From an uncultured Paraglaciecola sp. (GTDB lineage Bacteria > Pseudomonadota > Gammaproteobacteria > Enterobacterales > Alteromonadaceae), in NCBI GenBank assembly GCA_947498355.1, contig CANMKA010000019.1, positions 10,222 to 74,221 on the forward strand: 64,000 nucleotides of DNA, read 5' to 3'. Under the pieces are notes generated by a model, which was not told the origin of the DNA, searched no databases, and saw only the letters and a list, made by a program, of their open reading frames with translations. Position 1 is the stretch's first letter, and each line of letters begins with the position of its first letter. The translations under genes were made by a program, and so were the position numbers. Below, one piece after another: positions 47,333 to 56,756 of the stretch.

Positions 47333-48877
47333 TTACTCCGCTGGTGCTTCTGGCTTCATGTGCGGGAATAAAATCACATCTTTAATCGTTGGGCTATCGG
47401 TGAACAGCATGACCAAACGATCGATTCCAATACCTTCTCCTGCCGTTGGGGGCAAGCCGTACTCTAGGGCACGGATATAATCTTCGTCGAAATGCATGGC
47501 TTCGTCATCACCTGCGTCTTTTTCTTCCACTTGCTTACGGAAGCGCTCTGCTTGGTCTTCTGGGTCATTTAACTCGGAGAACCCATTGGCTAACTCGCGG
47601 CCACCCACGAAAAATTCAAAGCGGTCTGTAACAAAACCATTGTCGTCGTTTCTGCGTGCCAGCGGCGACACTTCCCACGGGTAGGCCGTGATAAAAGTGG
47701 GCTGGTCGAGTTTTTCTTCAGCGGTAGCCTCAAAAATTTCACACAAATATTTTCCAGGCCCCCAAATTCCATCAACTTCTGGCTCTTTGATATGCAGTTG
47801 TTTGGCCATGGCTTTGAGTTCAGGTAAGTGATTTTCTGGATCGTTAATCGCTTCTGCGTTGGCTTCGGGCCAATACTTTAATACGGCTTCGTTCATAGTC
47901 AAACGAGCAAAAGGTTGACCAAAGTCGTAGGTAACTTCATCAACAATGTTTCCTTCCGCGTCTTTCGTGGTATTTTTAATCAGTACCGTACCCAATACAT
48001 CTTGAGCAACTTTACGCAACATTTCTTCGGTTAAGTTCATCAAGTCATGGTAATCAGCGTATGACTGATAGAACTCTAGCATAGTAAATTCTGGGTTATG
48101 ACGGGTCGATAACCCTTCGTTTCTGAAGTTACGGTTAATTTCGAATACACGCTCAAAGCCACCTACCACTAAACGCTTAAGATACAATTCTGGCGCGATA
48201 CGTAGGTACATATCAATATCAAGGGCATTGTGATGGGTTACAAAAGGCTTAGCCGTGGCGCCACCTGGAATGACCTGCAGCATAGGCGTTTCAACTTCCA
48301 TGTAATTCCGTTCTGTTAGGAAGTTACGGATACCATTTACCACTTTGCTACGAATTAAAAAGGTATCGCGGGTGTCTTGGTTTGTGATTAAGTCAACATA
48401 ACGCTGACGGTACTTAGTTTCTTGATCAGCAAGGCCGTGAAATTTTTCTGGTAACGGACGTAATGATTTAGTCAATAACTGGTATTCAGTCATGTTAACG
48501 TACAAATCACCTTTGCCAGACTTATGAAGCTCACCTTTAACCCCTATGATGTCACCAATATCTAAGCTGCCATAACGGGCTTTGATATCTTTTTGGGTGT
48601 CTTTTGCGGCATAACTCTGAATACGTCCAGTCATATCTTGCAACAACAAAAAAGGCCCTCGTTTGGCCAATACACGTCCAGCAATACTAACTACTTTACC
48701 TAATGCTTCTAATTCAGCTTTGTCTAACTCACCAAATTCTTGTTGCAATTCGTCACTGTAAAACTCTCGACGAAAGGTATTGGGAAAGCCGTTTGATTTA
48801 CAGTTTTCTCTAATCTGAGAAAGCTTGGCACGTCGCTCTGCAATCAATTTATTTTCGTCTTGCTGATTATCTGTCAT
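47333..48877 (-). CDS. lysS: Lysine--tRNA ligase (class II)
   Basis: 514 aa. OB-fold N-domain and class II motifs ([22 protein letters not shown]). Immediately downstream of prfB, as in many gammaproteobacteria. Confidence 0.97.
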   Translation of the reverse strand: MTDNQQDENKLIAERRAKLSQIRENCKSNGFPNTFRREFYSDELQQEFGELDKAELEALGKVVSIAGRVLAKRGPFLLLQDMTGRIQSYAAKDTQKDIKARYGSLDIGDIIGVKGELHKSGKGDLYVNMTEYQLLTKSLRPLPEKFHGLADQETKYRQRYVDLITNQDTRDTFLIRSKVVNGIRNFLTERNYMEVETPMLQVIPGGATAKPFVTHHNALDIDMYLRIAPELYLKRLVVGGFERVFEINRNFRNEGLSTRHNPEFTMLEFYQSYADYHDLMNLTEEMLRKVAQDVLGTVLIKNTTKDAEGNIVDEVTYDFGQPFARLTMNEAVLKYWPEANAEAINDPENHLPELKAMAKQLHIKEPEVDGIWGPGKYLCEIFEATAEEKLDQPTFITAYPWEVSPLARRNDDNGFVTDRFEFFVGGRELANGFSELNDPEDQAERFRKQVEEKDAGDDEAMHFDEDYIRALEYGLPPTAGEGIGIDRLVMLFTDSPTIKDVILFPHMKPEAPAE

Positions 48878-48914
48878 CGGTGTTCCTGATTACTGTTCAA
48901 TATTGAGTATAAAA

Positions 48915-50013
48915 TTACAAACCAGACTTTAAGCTGGCTTCGATAAATTTGTCTAAGTCGCCATCTAATACGGCTTGGGTGTTACGGGTTTCAACGCCAG
49001 TACGTAAGTCTTTTATCCGTGAGTCGTCTAATACGTAAGAGCGTATTTGACTGCCCCACCCTATATCAGACTTGCCGTCTTCCATGCTTTGCTTTTCTTC
49101 ATTTTGCTTAAGCATTTCGTGCTCATAAAGCTTGGCTTTTAATTGCTTCATGGCTTGGGCTTTGTTTTTATGTTGGGAACGATCGTTTTGACACTGCACC
49201 ACTATATTAGTCGGCTCATGGGTAATACGCACTGCTGAATCTGTACGGTTTACGTGTTGACCACCGGCCCCAGATGCCCGATAAGTATCAATACGCAGGT
49301 CAGATGGATCAATGTCTATTTCAATGTCGTCATCCACTTCTGGATAGGCAAAAGCCGAAGCAAACGATGTATGACGCCTATTCCCCGAATCAAATGGCGA
49401 TTTTCTCACTAATCTATGTACGCCGGTCTCGGTGCGCAACCAACCAAAAGCATACTCACCACTAAAGCGTATGGTCGCACTTTTTATACCCGCTACATCG
49501 CCATCGGATACTTCAATAAGCTCTGTTTTAAAGCCATGGGCTTCGCCCCAGCGTAAATACATACGTAGTAGCATATTGGCCCAATCTTGCGCTTCGGTGC
49601 CGCCCGATCCCGATTGAATATCGATGTAGCCATCGTTACTGTCATTAGGTCCAGAAAACATACGTCGAAACTCGAGTTTTTCGAGTTTTTTGACTAAGTC
49701 TTGTAACTCGCCCTCTGCTTCATCTAGGGTGTCTTGATCATCGGCTTCAACGGCTAATTCAACTAGGCCTTCAATATCTTCAGCGCCTGCTTCAAGCTGA
49801 TCTATGGTTTCTACGACTAACTCCAAAGCCACCTTTTCTTTACCTAAGGTTTGAGCTCGCTCTGGTTCGTTCCATACATCAGGGCTTTCTAGTTCTAAAT
49901 TGACTTCTTCGAGTCGTTCTTTTTTCTGATCATAGTCAAAGGTACCCCCGAAGCGAATCAGCTCGTTGTCTGATGTCAGCAATGGCGTTATTGATGGGGT
50001 TGATTTCTAACAT
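48915..50013 (-). CDS. prfB: Peptide chain release factor 2, expressed via programmed +1 frameshift
   Basis: Frame 0 is [25 protein letters not shown] followed by TGA. The +1 frame continues [12 protein letters not shown]... SPF and GGQ (SGAGGQHVN) motifs are present. Confidence 0.95.
49935..49941 (-). promoter_or_regulatory. RF2 autoregulatory +1 frameshift site CTT TGA C with upstream SD-like GGGGG
   Basis: Minus strand reads CGG GGG TAC CTT TGA C, matching E. coli AGG GGG TAT CTT TGA C. Confidence 0.95.
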
Positions 50014-50242
50014 AATAAAACCCAAATAGGCGCGGAAATAATGGTCGCGGATTCTAACTAAATTAGGCGGTTTTTAACAGCCAATGGCCGAAAATCTTAT
50101 AAATTGACTGTGTTTGTTGTCACTCTAGACACATATCAGGAAATTTAAACGAAAATAAACCAAATCAATACACGTTGGCCTTGAGTAATTATCCGAGCAA
50201 TCCCCTAACGCCTTTTTCACATTATGGTTATACCAACCAGCC

Positions 50243-51079
50243 CTAATCTTCCTCATTAACGCACAGTGGACGATTTGCATACCAATGCTGCATAAAGTCT
50301 TTAACGATTACTTGCTCCATTTCAATAGCCAATTCGGTTGGACAGAACAAGGTAATTTCGATTTGCGTATCACCCAACTCTGTCGTCGAAATCTTAAACT
50401 GAGGGTCTGGCCCTGCGATGGGCACGTCTAATCGCCTTTCTAACATTTGGTTGTATCGAGTTGCCACCTCGTAAAAGTCTTTGCTGTATTGCTTGGCGTT
50501 ATCAATCACAGTTTCGATGAATAAATAGGGGTTAACACTTTGGTCACGAACAATTGAAAACTTGTGGGTTGCGTAACGCTTCAAAAAGTTTAAGTTTTTG
50601 ATTGGGCTAGATATCAACTTATTATTTGGAATAAACAACGTCTTGCCTGTGTATTGGTATGTCGTGATATCGACTTCAAGTAAGGTACTTTTGATCCAAT
50701 CAGTTGCCGACACTTCGCCAACAAAATTTTCCACTTCAATCCAGTCTCCAATTCTAAATGGACGTGTAGACATCAAGTAGAAAAAACCAATAATACATTG
50801 AATGAATTCCCGCGTAGCCAATACAATCGCAACTGAAAAGGCAGCAATGGAAAACGCAAATTTTTGAATCTCATTTGACCAAAGGCTTAACAGCAAGATG
50901 ACCATGACAAAATTAACTACGTTCTTAACATTATTGATGACGTCTCTGCGGTCCTCTCCTTTACTCGCCGCGCGGCGCCTTACAAATTTAACCAGCAGAT
51001 ATTTGAGCAAGAGCCCCACAGAGACAACTATGCTAGCGACTAGGGTTTGGCTCTGCACAAGTTCCGTTAAATTCTGCAT
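50243..51079 (-). CDS. Small-conductance mechanosensitive channel family protein (MscS-like)
   Basis: 278 aa with three N-terminal TM helices, then an MscS beta-domain pattern (RPFRIGDWIEVENFVGEV). Confidence 0.8.
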   Translation of the reverse strand: MQNLTELVQSQTLVASIVVSVGLLLKYLLVKFVRRRAASKGEDRRDVINNVKNVVNFVMVILLLSLWSNEIQKFAFSIAAFSVAIVLATREFIQCIIGFFYLMSTRPFRIGDWIEVENFVGEVSATDWIKSTLLEVDITTYQYTGKTLFIPNNKLISSPIKNLNFLKRYATHKFSIVRDQSVNPYLFIETVIDNAKQYSKDFYEVATRYNQMLERRLDVPIAGPDPQFKISTTELGDTQIEITLFCPTELAIEMEQVIVKDFMQHWYANRPLCVNEED

Positions 51080-51229
51080 CTAAATGGCTTTCCTCACGAT
51101 CAATCAAGATAAAGGTTAATTACAGCATACTCTGCGAAAAATCTCGTATAAATATTTGAAATAACAATAGCTTTTATAAATAAACTGGGACTACACTTGG
51201 CCCATTAACCCTTCTCTGGACATTTTATA

Positions 51230-52135
51230 ATGCGTATTGCGATCCTATCGCGTAATCCTAAACTTTACTCCACTCGCCGACTCGTAGAAGCAGGGCAAGA
51301 ACTTGGCCACCAAGTAGACGTAATTGATACTATGCATTGCTACATGGATATCACCAGCAGCAAACCGTCGGTTAGATATAAAGGTAAGCCTCTGCCTTAT
51401 TACGACGCAGTGATCCCGCGCATTGGCGCGTCTGTCACCTTTTACGGCACATCTGTCGTACGCCAATTCGAGATGATGGGTACCTACAGTATCAACGAGT
51501 CTGTGGCTATCAGCCGTAGCCGCGATAAGCTTAGATCCCTGCAATTACTGTCACGTAAAGGTATAGGCATGCCTAGAACGGGCTTTGCTAATCGCCCAGA
51601 CAATGTATCTGACTTAATTAAAAATGTCGGCGGCGCCCCAGTGGTGATTAAATTATTAGAAGGCACCCAAGGCATAGGTGTGGTTTTAGCAGATACTGAG
51701 AAGACCGCAGAAGCGATTATCGAGGCCTTTATGGGGCTAGATGCCAATATATTGGTACAAGAGTACATAAAAGAGGCCGGAGGCGCAGACATACGCTGTC
51801 TGGTGGTGGGTGATAAAGTCGTCGCTGCGATGAAACGCCAAGCCGCACCGGGGGAATTTAGATCAAATTTACACAGGGGCGGCTCGGCCAGTGTTGTCCG
51901 TTTATCACCGGCTGAACGAAAAACTGCGGTCGATGCTGCCAAAACCATGGGCTTAAATATGTGCGGGGTAGACATACTGCGTGCAAACAGTGGCCCTGTG
52001 GTTATGGAAGTTAACTCATCACCAGGTTTAGAAGGCATTGAAAATGCAACAGGTAAGGATGTCGCAAAAATCGTCATCCAGTGTCTCGAAAAAAACGCTA
52101 AACCCTTCTCCAACAAAACCAAAGGCAAAGGCTAA
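51230..52135 (+). CDS. rimK: Ribosomal protein S6 L-glutamate ligase
   Basis: 301 aa. ATP-grasp protein with very typical RimK sequence ([22 protein letters not shown]...[12 protein letters not shown]). Confidence 0.95.
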   Translation: MRIAILSRNPKLYSTRRLVEAGQELGHQVDVIDTMHCYMDITSSKPSVRYKGKPLPYYDAVIPRIGASVTFYGTSVVRQFEMMGTYSINESVAISRSRDKLRSLQLLSRKGIGMPRTGFANRPDNVSDLIKNVGGAPVVIKLLEGTQGIGVVLADTEKTAEAIIEAFMGLDANILVQEYIKEAGGADIRCLVVGDKVVAAMKRQAAPGEFRSNLHRGGSASVVRLSPAERKTAVDAAKTMGLNMCGVDILRANSGPVVMEVNSSPGLEGIENATGKDVAKIVIQCLEKNAKPFSNKTKGKG

Positions 52136-53160
52136 TGGATAGTATCACCATAGGCGGTCACAGCATAAATCCGGGTGAAACCAAGCATATTGAACTCCCT
52201 ATGCCTCCCCTTTACACAGATACCCACATGGCAATGCCTGTTTATGTGCAAAGAGGGAGACGTCCCGGCCCTACTCTATTTATTAGTGCTGCGATCCATG
52301 GTGACGAGTTAAATGGTACAGAAATCATAGGTCGGTTAATCAAAAGTAAATCTCTAAAAAGTCTCAAAGGCACACTTATCGCGGTCCCTATAGTGAATGT
52401 ATATGGTGTGCTGAATCAAAGCCGTTATTTGCCTGATCGCCGTGATTTAAACCGAAGTTTTCCCGGCAGTAAAAAAGGCTCACTCGCTGGGCGTTTGGCC
52501 AATTTATTCTATTCTGAGATTGTCTCTAAATGCGACTACGGAATTGATTTACACACAGGAGCAATTCATCGCAGTAATTTACCGCAAATTCGTGCAAATC
52601 TAGATGACGAAGAAACCTTACAATTAGCCCATGCATTTGGAATGCCTGTATTATTAAATGCAGACCTTAGGCCAGGCTCATTAAGAGAGGCCGCAGCGCA
52701 AACAGGAACTAAAGTGCTGCTTTATGAAGCAGGCGAAGCTTTGCGGTACGATGAGTTTTCAATTCGTGCTGGTGTAAAGGGTATTATCAATGTAATGCGT
52801 GAAATTGGTATGCTCACTAAACGTAAAAAGCAAGGCCATACCATTACTCAATACATTGCACGTCAAAGTGGTTGGGTAAGAGCAACAGAAAGTGGTTTTG
52901 TTAGCCATAAGGCCCAACTGGGCGATCATGTCAGTAAAGGAGACATTTTGGCATCAATCGCCGATCCTTTTGGCACTGAACTGGATACAGTAATCAGCCC
53001 AGAAGAAGGAGTAATTATTGGCAAACAGAACATTCCTCTTGCCCAAGAGGGAGAAGCCATGTACCACATTGCTTATTTTAGAAAGCCCGATTCAGTGACC
53101 GAAAATATGGAGTTACTGCAAGATAATTTAATTTTAGATGAACCTTCAATCGTGTATTAA
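52135..53160 (+). CDS. Succinylglutamate desuccinylase/aspartoacylase-family zinc hydrolase
   Basis: AIHGDELNG zinc motif, DLNRSFPG, DLHTG. TAATG overlap with rimK. Confidence 0.8.
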   Translation: MDSITIGGHSINPGETKHIELPMPPLYTDTHMAMPVYVQRGRRPGPTLFISAAIHGDELNGTEIIGRLIKSKSLKSLKGTLIAVPIVNVYGVLNQSRYLPDRRDLNRSFPGSKKGSLAGRLANLFYSEIVSKCDYGIDLHTGAIHRSNLPQIRANLDDEETLQLAHAFGMPVLLNADLRPGSLREAAAQTGTKVLLYEAGEALRYDEFSIRAGVKGIINVMREIGMLTKRKKQGHTITQYIARQSGWVRATESGFVSHKAQLGDHVSKGDILASIADPFGTELDTVISPEEGVIIGKQNIPLAQEGEAMYHIAYFRKPDSVTENMELLQDNLILDEPSIVY

Positions 53161-53164
53161 AACT

Positions 53165-53602
53165 ATGCAAAACAAACAAACCAAACACCTAGTTGGCGCC
53201 TTAGAGTTGTGTGATTTACCCGAACTCACACTATCTGGACTAGAGGTACGGGTAGACACTGGAGCCAAGACTTCGTCACTCCATGTTGATAACATTCATG
53301 AGTTTGAAAAAAATCAACAGCCTTGGATCAGTTTCGAGATCCACCCAGACGTTCATGACGTATCAAAGCTCCTCAAGCGTGAAGCCAAAGTGAAAAGCCT
53401 ACGCAAAATTAAAAGCTCAAATGGTACGTTAGAGCGCAGGTACGTGATCGAAACCGATATTCGCATTGCCGATAGTCAATGGTGTATCGAACTCACATTA
53501 ACCGACCGTTCAAGTATGAAATACCTAATGTTGCTTGGCCGTGAAGCCATGACGGGGCGAATTATTGTTGACCCAGAACATGAGTTTTTACTCGGAAAGT
53601 AA
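53165..53602 (+). CDS. Retropepsin-like aspartic protease (RimK-associated, COG4067-like)
   Basis: VDTGAKTSSLH aspartic-protease signature. The likely ATG at 53165 lies 2 nt after the upstream stop. Confidence 0.75.
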   Translation: MQNKQTKHLVGALELCDLPELTLSGLEVRVDTGAKTSSLHVDNIHEFEKNQQPWISFEIHPDVHDVSKLLKREAKVKSLRKIKSSNGTLERRYVIETDIRIADSQWCIELTLTDRSSMKYLMLLGREAMTGRIIVDPEHEFLLGK

Positions 53603-53747
53603 CGTTTAACCAGATTCATTCAGGTGTTGTAACGACTGAGTATTAGGCTAAGTATTGGCATGCACCTCTAGTGTACTGTTATAAACGTTAGCTTGCTTAA
53701 ACGCATACCTGTTTGCACATAACCAAACGAAAAATTAAGGAACAATT

Positions 53748-55586
53748 TTGAACGACCCAACCCTATCCCTAGTATTAGTTGGACTTATCTCGATTATTTG
53801 TCAGTTTGTCGCATTTAAAATCAAACTTCCGGCAATTTTGCCTTTATTAGTGGCTGGTGTGGTTGCTGGCCCAGTGACTGGGATTATCGACCCAGATCAA
53901 CTCTTTGGGGATTTACTTTTTCCGGTAGTGTCACTGTCTGTAGCGATTATTTTATTTGAAGGCTCTTTAACCCTTAGATTTAAAGATTTAAGCGGTCATG
54001 GGTCAATGGTACGTAATTTATGTACTTATGGTGCGTTGGTGACTTGGGTTATTGCCGCGCCTTTTGCACATTTTGCCCTTGGTATGAGCTGGGAAATGGC
54101 CTTTTTGTTTGGCGCCATTGTTACGGTAACCGGCCCTACTGTTATTGTACCTATGTTACGTACCGTGCGTCCTAGCAGTAAAATTGGCAATATATTGCGC
54201 TGGGAAGGCATTATCATCGATCCTGTAGGAGCCTTGCTCGCTGTTTTAGTGTTCGAATATATTATTTCTACCCAAGATGCTTTGAGTCACACCTTGTGGG
54301 CGTTTTCGTTGAGTGTAGGCGTGGGCGTGGGCTTTGGGGCCTTCTTCGGCTACATACTTGGACTATTACTACGTAAAAATATCATTCCTCATTACCTAAT
54401 CAATACCGCGGTATTAACCGTTATGCTAGGTGCGTTTGCTGGCTCTAACGTCATTGCTCATGAGTCTGGCTTACTTACGGTAACCATAATGGGCATGTGG
54501 TTAGCCAACATGAAAGGCGTGGAAGTAGAGGACATCATTGAATTTAAAGAAACCTTAAGTGTGCTACTCATCTCTGGGTTGTTTATTTTGCTTGCCTCGC
54601 GTATTGAACTAAATGCTATTTTAAACCTAGGTTGGGGGGCAATTATCGTGCTACTAGGCATTATGTTCGTAGCCCGACCAATCTCAGTAGCATTGTCTTC
54701 AATTGGAACTGGGCTATCATTTAAAGAAATCGCCTTACTGAGCTGGATTGCGCCGCGGGGTATAGTGGCTGCTGCTGTGTCTGCTTTATTTGCTTTAAAG
54801 CTCGAAGCATTAGACTACGCCCAAGTCGAATTGCTGGTTCCTATGGTTTTTCTCGTCATAGTTGCAACTGTCGTCATTCAAAGCTTGAGTTCAGTTCATG
54901 TTGCCAAATATTTAGGATTGCGCGCCCCTGCTCCCTTCGGTTTTTTAATTTTTGGTGGCGGTAAATTTGCCCGCTTATTTTCCAAAGAGTTAATTAATCA
55001 AGGGGTCACTGTCACTATTGCTGACACCAACTGGGAAACCATAAGCAACGCCAGAATGGAAGGTATTCCCGCATACTTTGGCAACCCTATGTCTGACCAT
55101 GCATCGCGTAATCTAGACTTTTCTTTATTTGGCAAGGTGCTGGTAATGTCACCCTACAAACAGTTAAATCCCCTTGTTACTTATCATTTTTCTCACCAAA
55201 TGGGTAAAGGTTCGGTGCTGGGCTTGAGTGAAAATGAACGCAAAAAATTACAGAGCCACAAAGTCTCGGAGTCTTACGCCAAAAAGCTTGGCCTATTTGA
55301 CGATTGTATTACTTATGGTCATTTAACTACATTAGTGAACAATGGAGCGGTAATAAAAACCACAAGAGTCTCTGAAGAATTTACCTTTGCTGATTACAAG
55401 CAAGAATACAACGGACGTTTGCTGCCTCTTTGCGCCATTGAGCCAAAAGGTAAAGTACATTTATTTACTAATCAAACGACTATCGATCCCAAGCCTGAAT
55501 GGAAAATCATCAGTTTAATTAAACACCAAGACAGTGAACTTAGTCAGCAAACTGGTGCGAGTTCGCTTGATACGCTTGATAGCTAG
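53748..55586 (+). CDS. Na+/H+ (cation/proton) antiporter, CPA1-like, with C-terminal soluble domain
   Basis: 612 aa with ~12 TM helices. TTG start preceded by AAGGA. Confidence 0.85.
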   Translation: MNDPTLSLVLVGLISIICQFVAFKIKLPAILPLLVAGVVAGPVTGIIDPDQLFGDLLFPVVSLSVAIILFEGSLTLRFKDLSGHGSMVRNLCTYGALVTWVIAAPFAHFALGMSWEMAFLFGAIVTVTGPTVIVPMLRTVRPSSKIGNILRWEGIIIDPVGALLAVLVFEYIISTQDALSHTLWAFSLSVGVGVGFGAFFGYILGLLLRKNIIPHYLINTAVLTVMLGAFAGSNVIAHESGLLTVTIMGMWLANMKGVEVEDIIEFKETLSVLLISGLFILLASRIELNAILNLGWGAIIVLLGIMFVARPISVALSSIGTGLSFKEIALLSWIAPRGIVAAAVSALFALKLEALDYAQVELLVPMVFLVIVATVVIQSLSSVHVAKYLGLRAPAPFGFLIFGGGKFARLFSKELINQGVTVTIADTNWETISNARMEGIPAYFGNPMSDHASRNLDFSLFGKVLVMSPYKQLNPLVTYHFSHQMGKGSVLGLSENERKKLQSHKVSESYAKKLGLFDDCITYGHLTTLVNNGAVIKTTRVSEEFTFADYKQEYNGRLLPLCAIEPKGKVHLFTNQTTIDPKPEWKIISLIKHQDSELSQQTGASSLDTLDS

Positions 55587-55617
55587 GCCAACCGAAAATA
55601 GCTAAAAAGGTGGAAAA

Positions 55618-55650
55618 ATCGGCTAGCGTTTTTTTAAACGGCTAGCCGAT
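55618..55650 (+). terminator. Terminator-like hairpin after the antiporter
   Basis: ATCGGCTAGC-13 nt loop-GCTAGCCGAT followed by TATTCTT. Confidence 0.5.
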
Positions 55651-55809
55651 TATTCTTGTCCATCAAAGCCGTGAAAAAACGCAGGGTCTTTGCTGGGCGC
55701 ATTTTTAATACAGATTTCTTTGCGGTTGGTTTTGTCGCAAATGTGCTCTAAGAGAATTTAGCAGTATGATTGATATAAAAACTAAAGCTGGGTATAAAAC
55801 CCAATCTTG

Positions 55810-56064
55810 TTAGTTTACTTGAGGGGGAAAGGTTTTCGTTCGAAAGTGAGGGTTAGGTGTCAAGACCTCTAGCTTACAGATAGTCGTCAACACAACCCAT
55901 TGCTTAACATCATCTACTAAAAGTTCGAGACATTCCTGTCTGGCCTGATTAATTCCAATCGTAATAGCCTTGCCCGTTACCTCTTGCCCATTTACTAGGC
56001 TTAAGGTTAACTCAAAGCCGTAAACACAAGCCAATTCAAGGTAATCGTAATCACTACACTTCAT
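55810..56064 (-). CDS. rof: Rho-binding antiterminator (Rof family)
   Basis: 84 aa. CSDYDYLELACVYGFELTLSL...G pattern typical of Rof/YaeO. Confidence 0.7.
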   Translation of the reverse strand: MKCSDYDYLELACVYGFELTLSLVNGQEVTGKAITIGINQARQECLELLVDDVKQWVVLTTICKLEVLTPNPHFRTKTFPPQVN

Positions 56065-56075
56065 TGCCAGCGACT

Positions 56076-56645
56076 CTACCAGGAAAGGTCATCGGGTATC
56101 TCGTAGTCCGCATACCAATCGTCTTCTTCGCTACTTTTTACATCTTGCTCACTGATGTTATCAGCCCGATAAACCACAGATTCGGGGTTGCGCTCTGCAA
56201 TTTTTTCAGCAACAGGCATAGGCACTAGTTCATAGCCATCATCTAGTTTGACAACGGCTAGTTTTCCTTGAGAGATTTGCTTCTGAGTAAGTGTACTCAC
56301 GTACATGCGTTTAATCAGGGTACCATCGGTGAAGTTACAGACGACTTCTTCTTGTTTGCCACCACCAGCAAACTTAGGTTGCTTATTCGTTTCAATCAAT
56401 TGTTTAATTTGGGCTGCCACTGCCTTTTTTTCTGCCAACTCTTTGGCTTGTTGATTTAGGGCGCGGTCTTTGTCTTTTTTAGCTTGAGCGCTTTGCTCTG
56501 CGGCCAGTTTTGCCTCATTTTCTTCAACTTGTTTGTGTTTTTGTTTCGCTTTGGCTTGTTTATGCTTTTGCTGGCGAACTTGCTTGGCTTTCTTTTTGTC
56601 TGCTAAGCCCGCTTTCAGTAATTGTTCTTGAAGAGATAGTGCCAT
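56076..56645 (-). CDS. DUF2058 (YaiL-like) protein
   Basis: 189 aa. N-terminal LQEQLLKAGL, Lys-rich coiled middle, acidic C-terminal end. Confidence 0.7.
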   Translation of the reverse strand: MALSLQEQLLKAGLADKKKAKQVRQQKHKQAKAKQKHKQVEENEAKLAAEQSAQAKKDKDRALNQQAKELAEKKAVAAQIKQLIETNKQPKFAGGGKQEEVVCNFTDGTLIKRMYVSTLTQKQISQGKLAVVKLDDGYELVPMPVAEKIAERNPESVVYRADNISEQDVKSSEEDDWYADYEIPDDLSW

Positions 56646-56715
56646 GTTTGTTTACCAATTTTTAAAGTTAACCCTAGGGCGTGCCCACTGTATTATCTAC
56701 AGGATTAAAGCAATA

Positions 56716-56735
56716 ACGGCAGCCTAGGCTGCCGT
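56716..56735 (-). terminator. Perfect 20-nt palindrome downstream of topA
   Basis: ACGGCAGCCTAGGCTGCCGT, 21 nt after the topA stop, with T-rich flanks on both strands. Confidence 0.5.
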
Positions 56736-56756
56736 GTATTTTGTTGATAAAAAGCC

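Noticed and set aside
48915-49982. prfB looks 5'-truncated or pseudogenised in the ORF track
   Set aside because: Explained by the canonical programmed +1 frameshift at CTT TGA C. The full gene is 48915..50013.
51484-52128. 214-aa ORF antisense to rimK (also 51245..51544)
   Set aside because: Shadow ORF inside a very well-conserved gene, with Ser/Pro/Ala-rich low-information composition.
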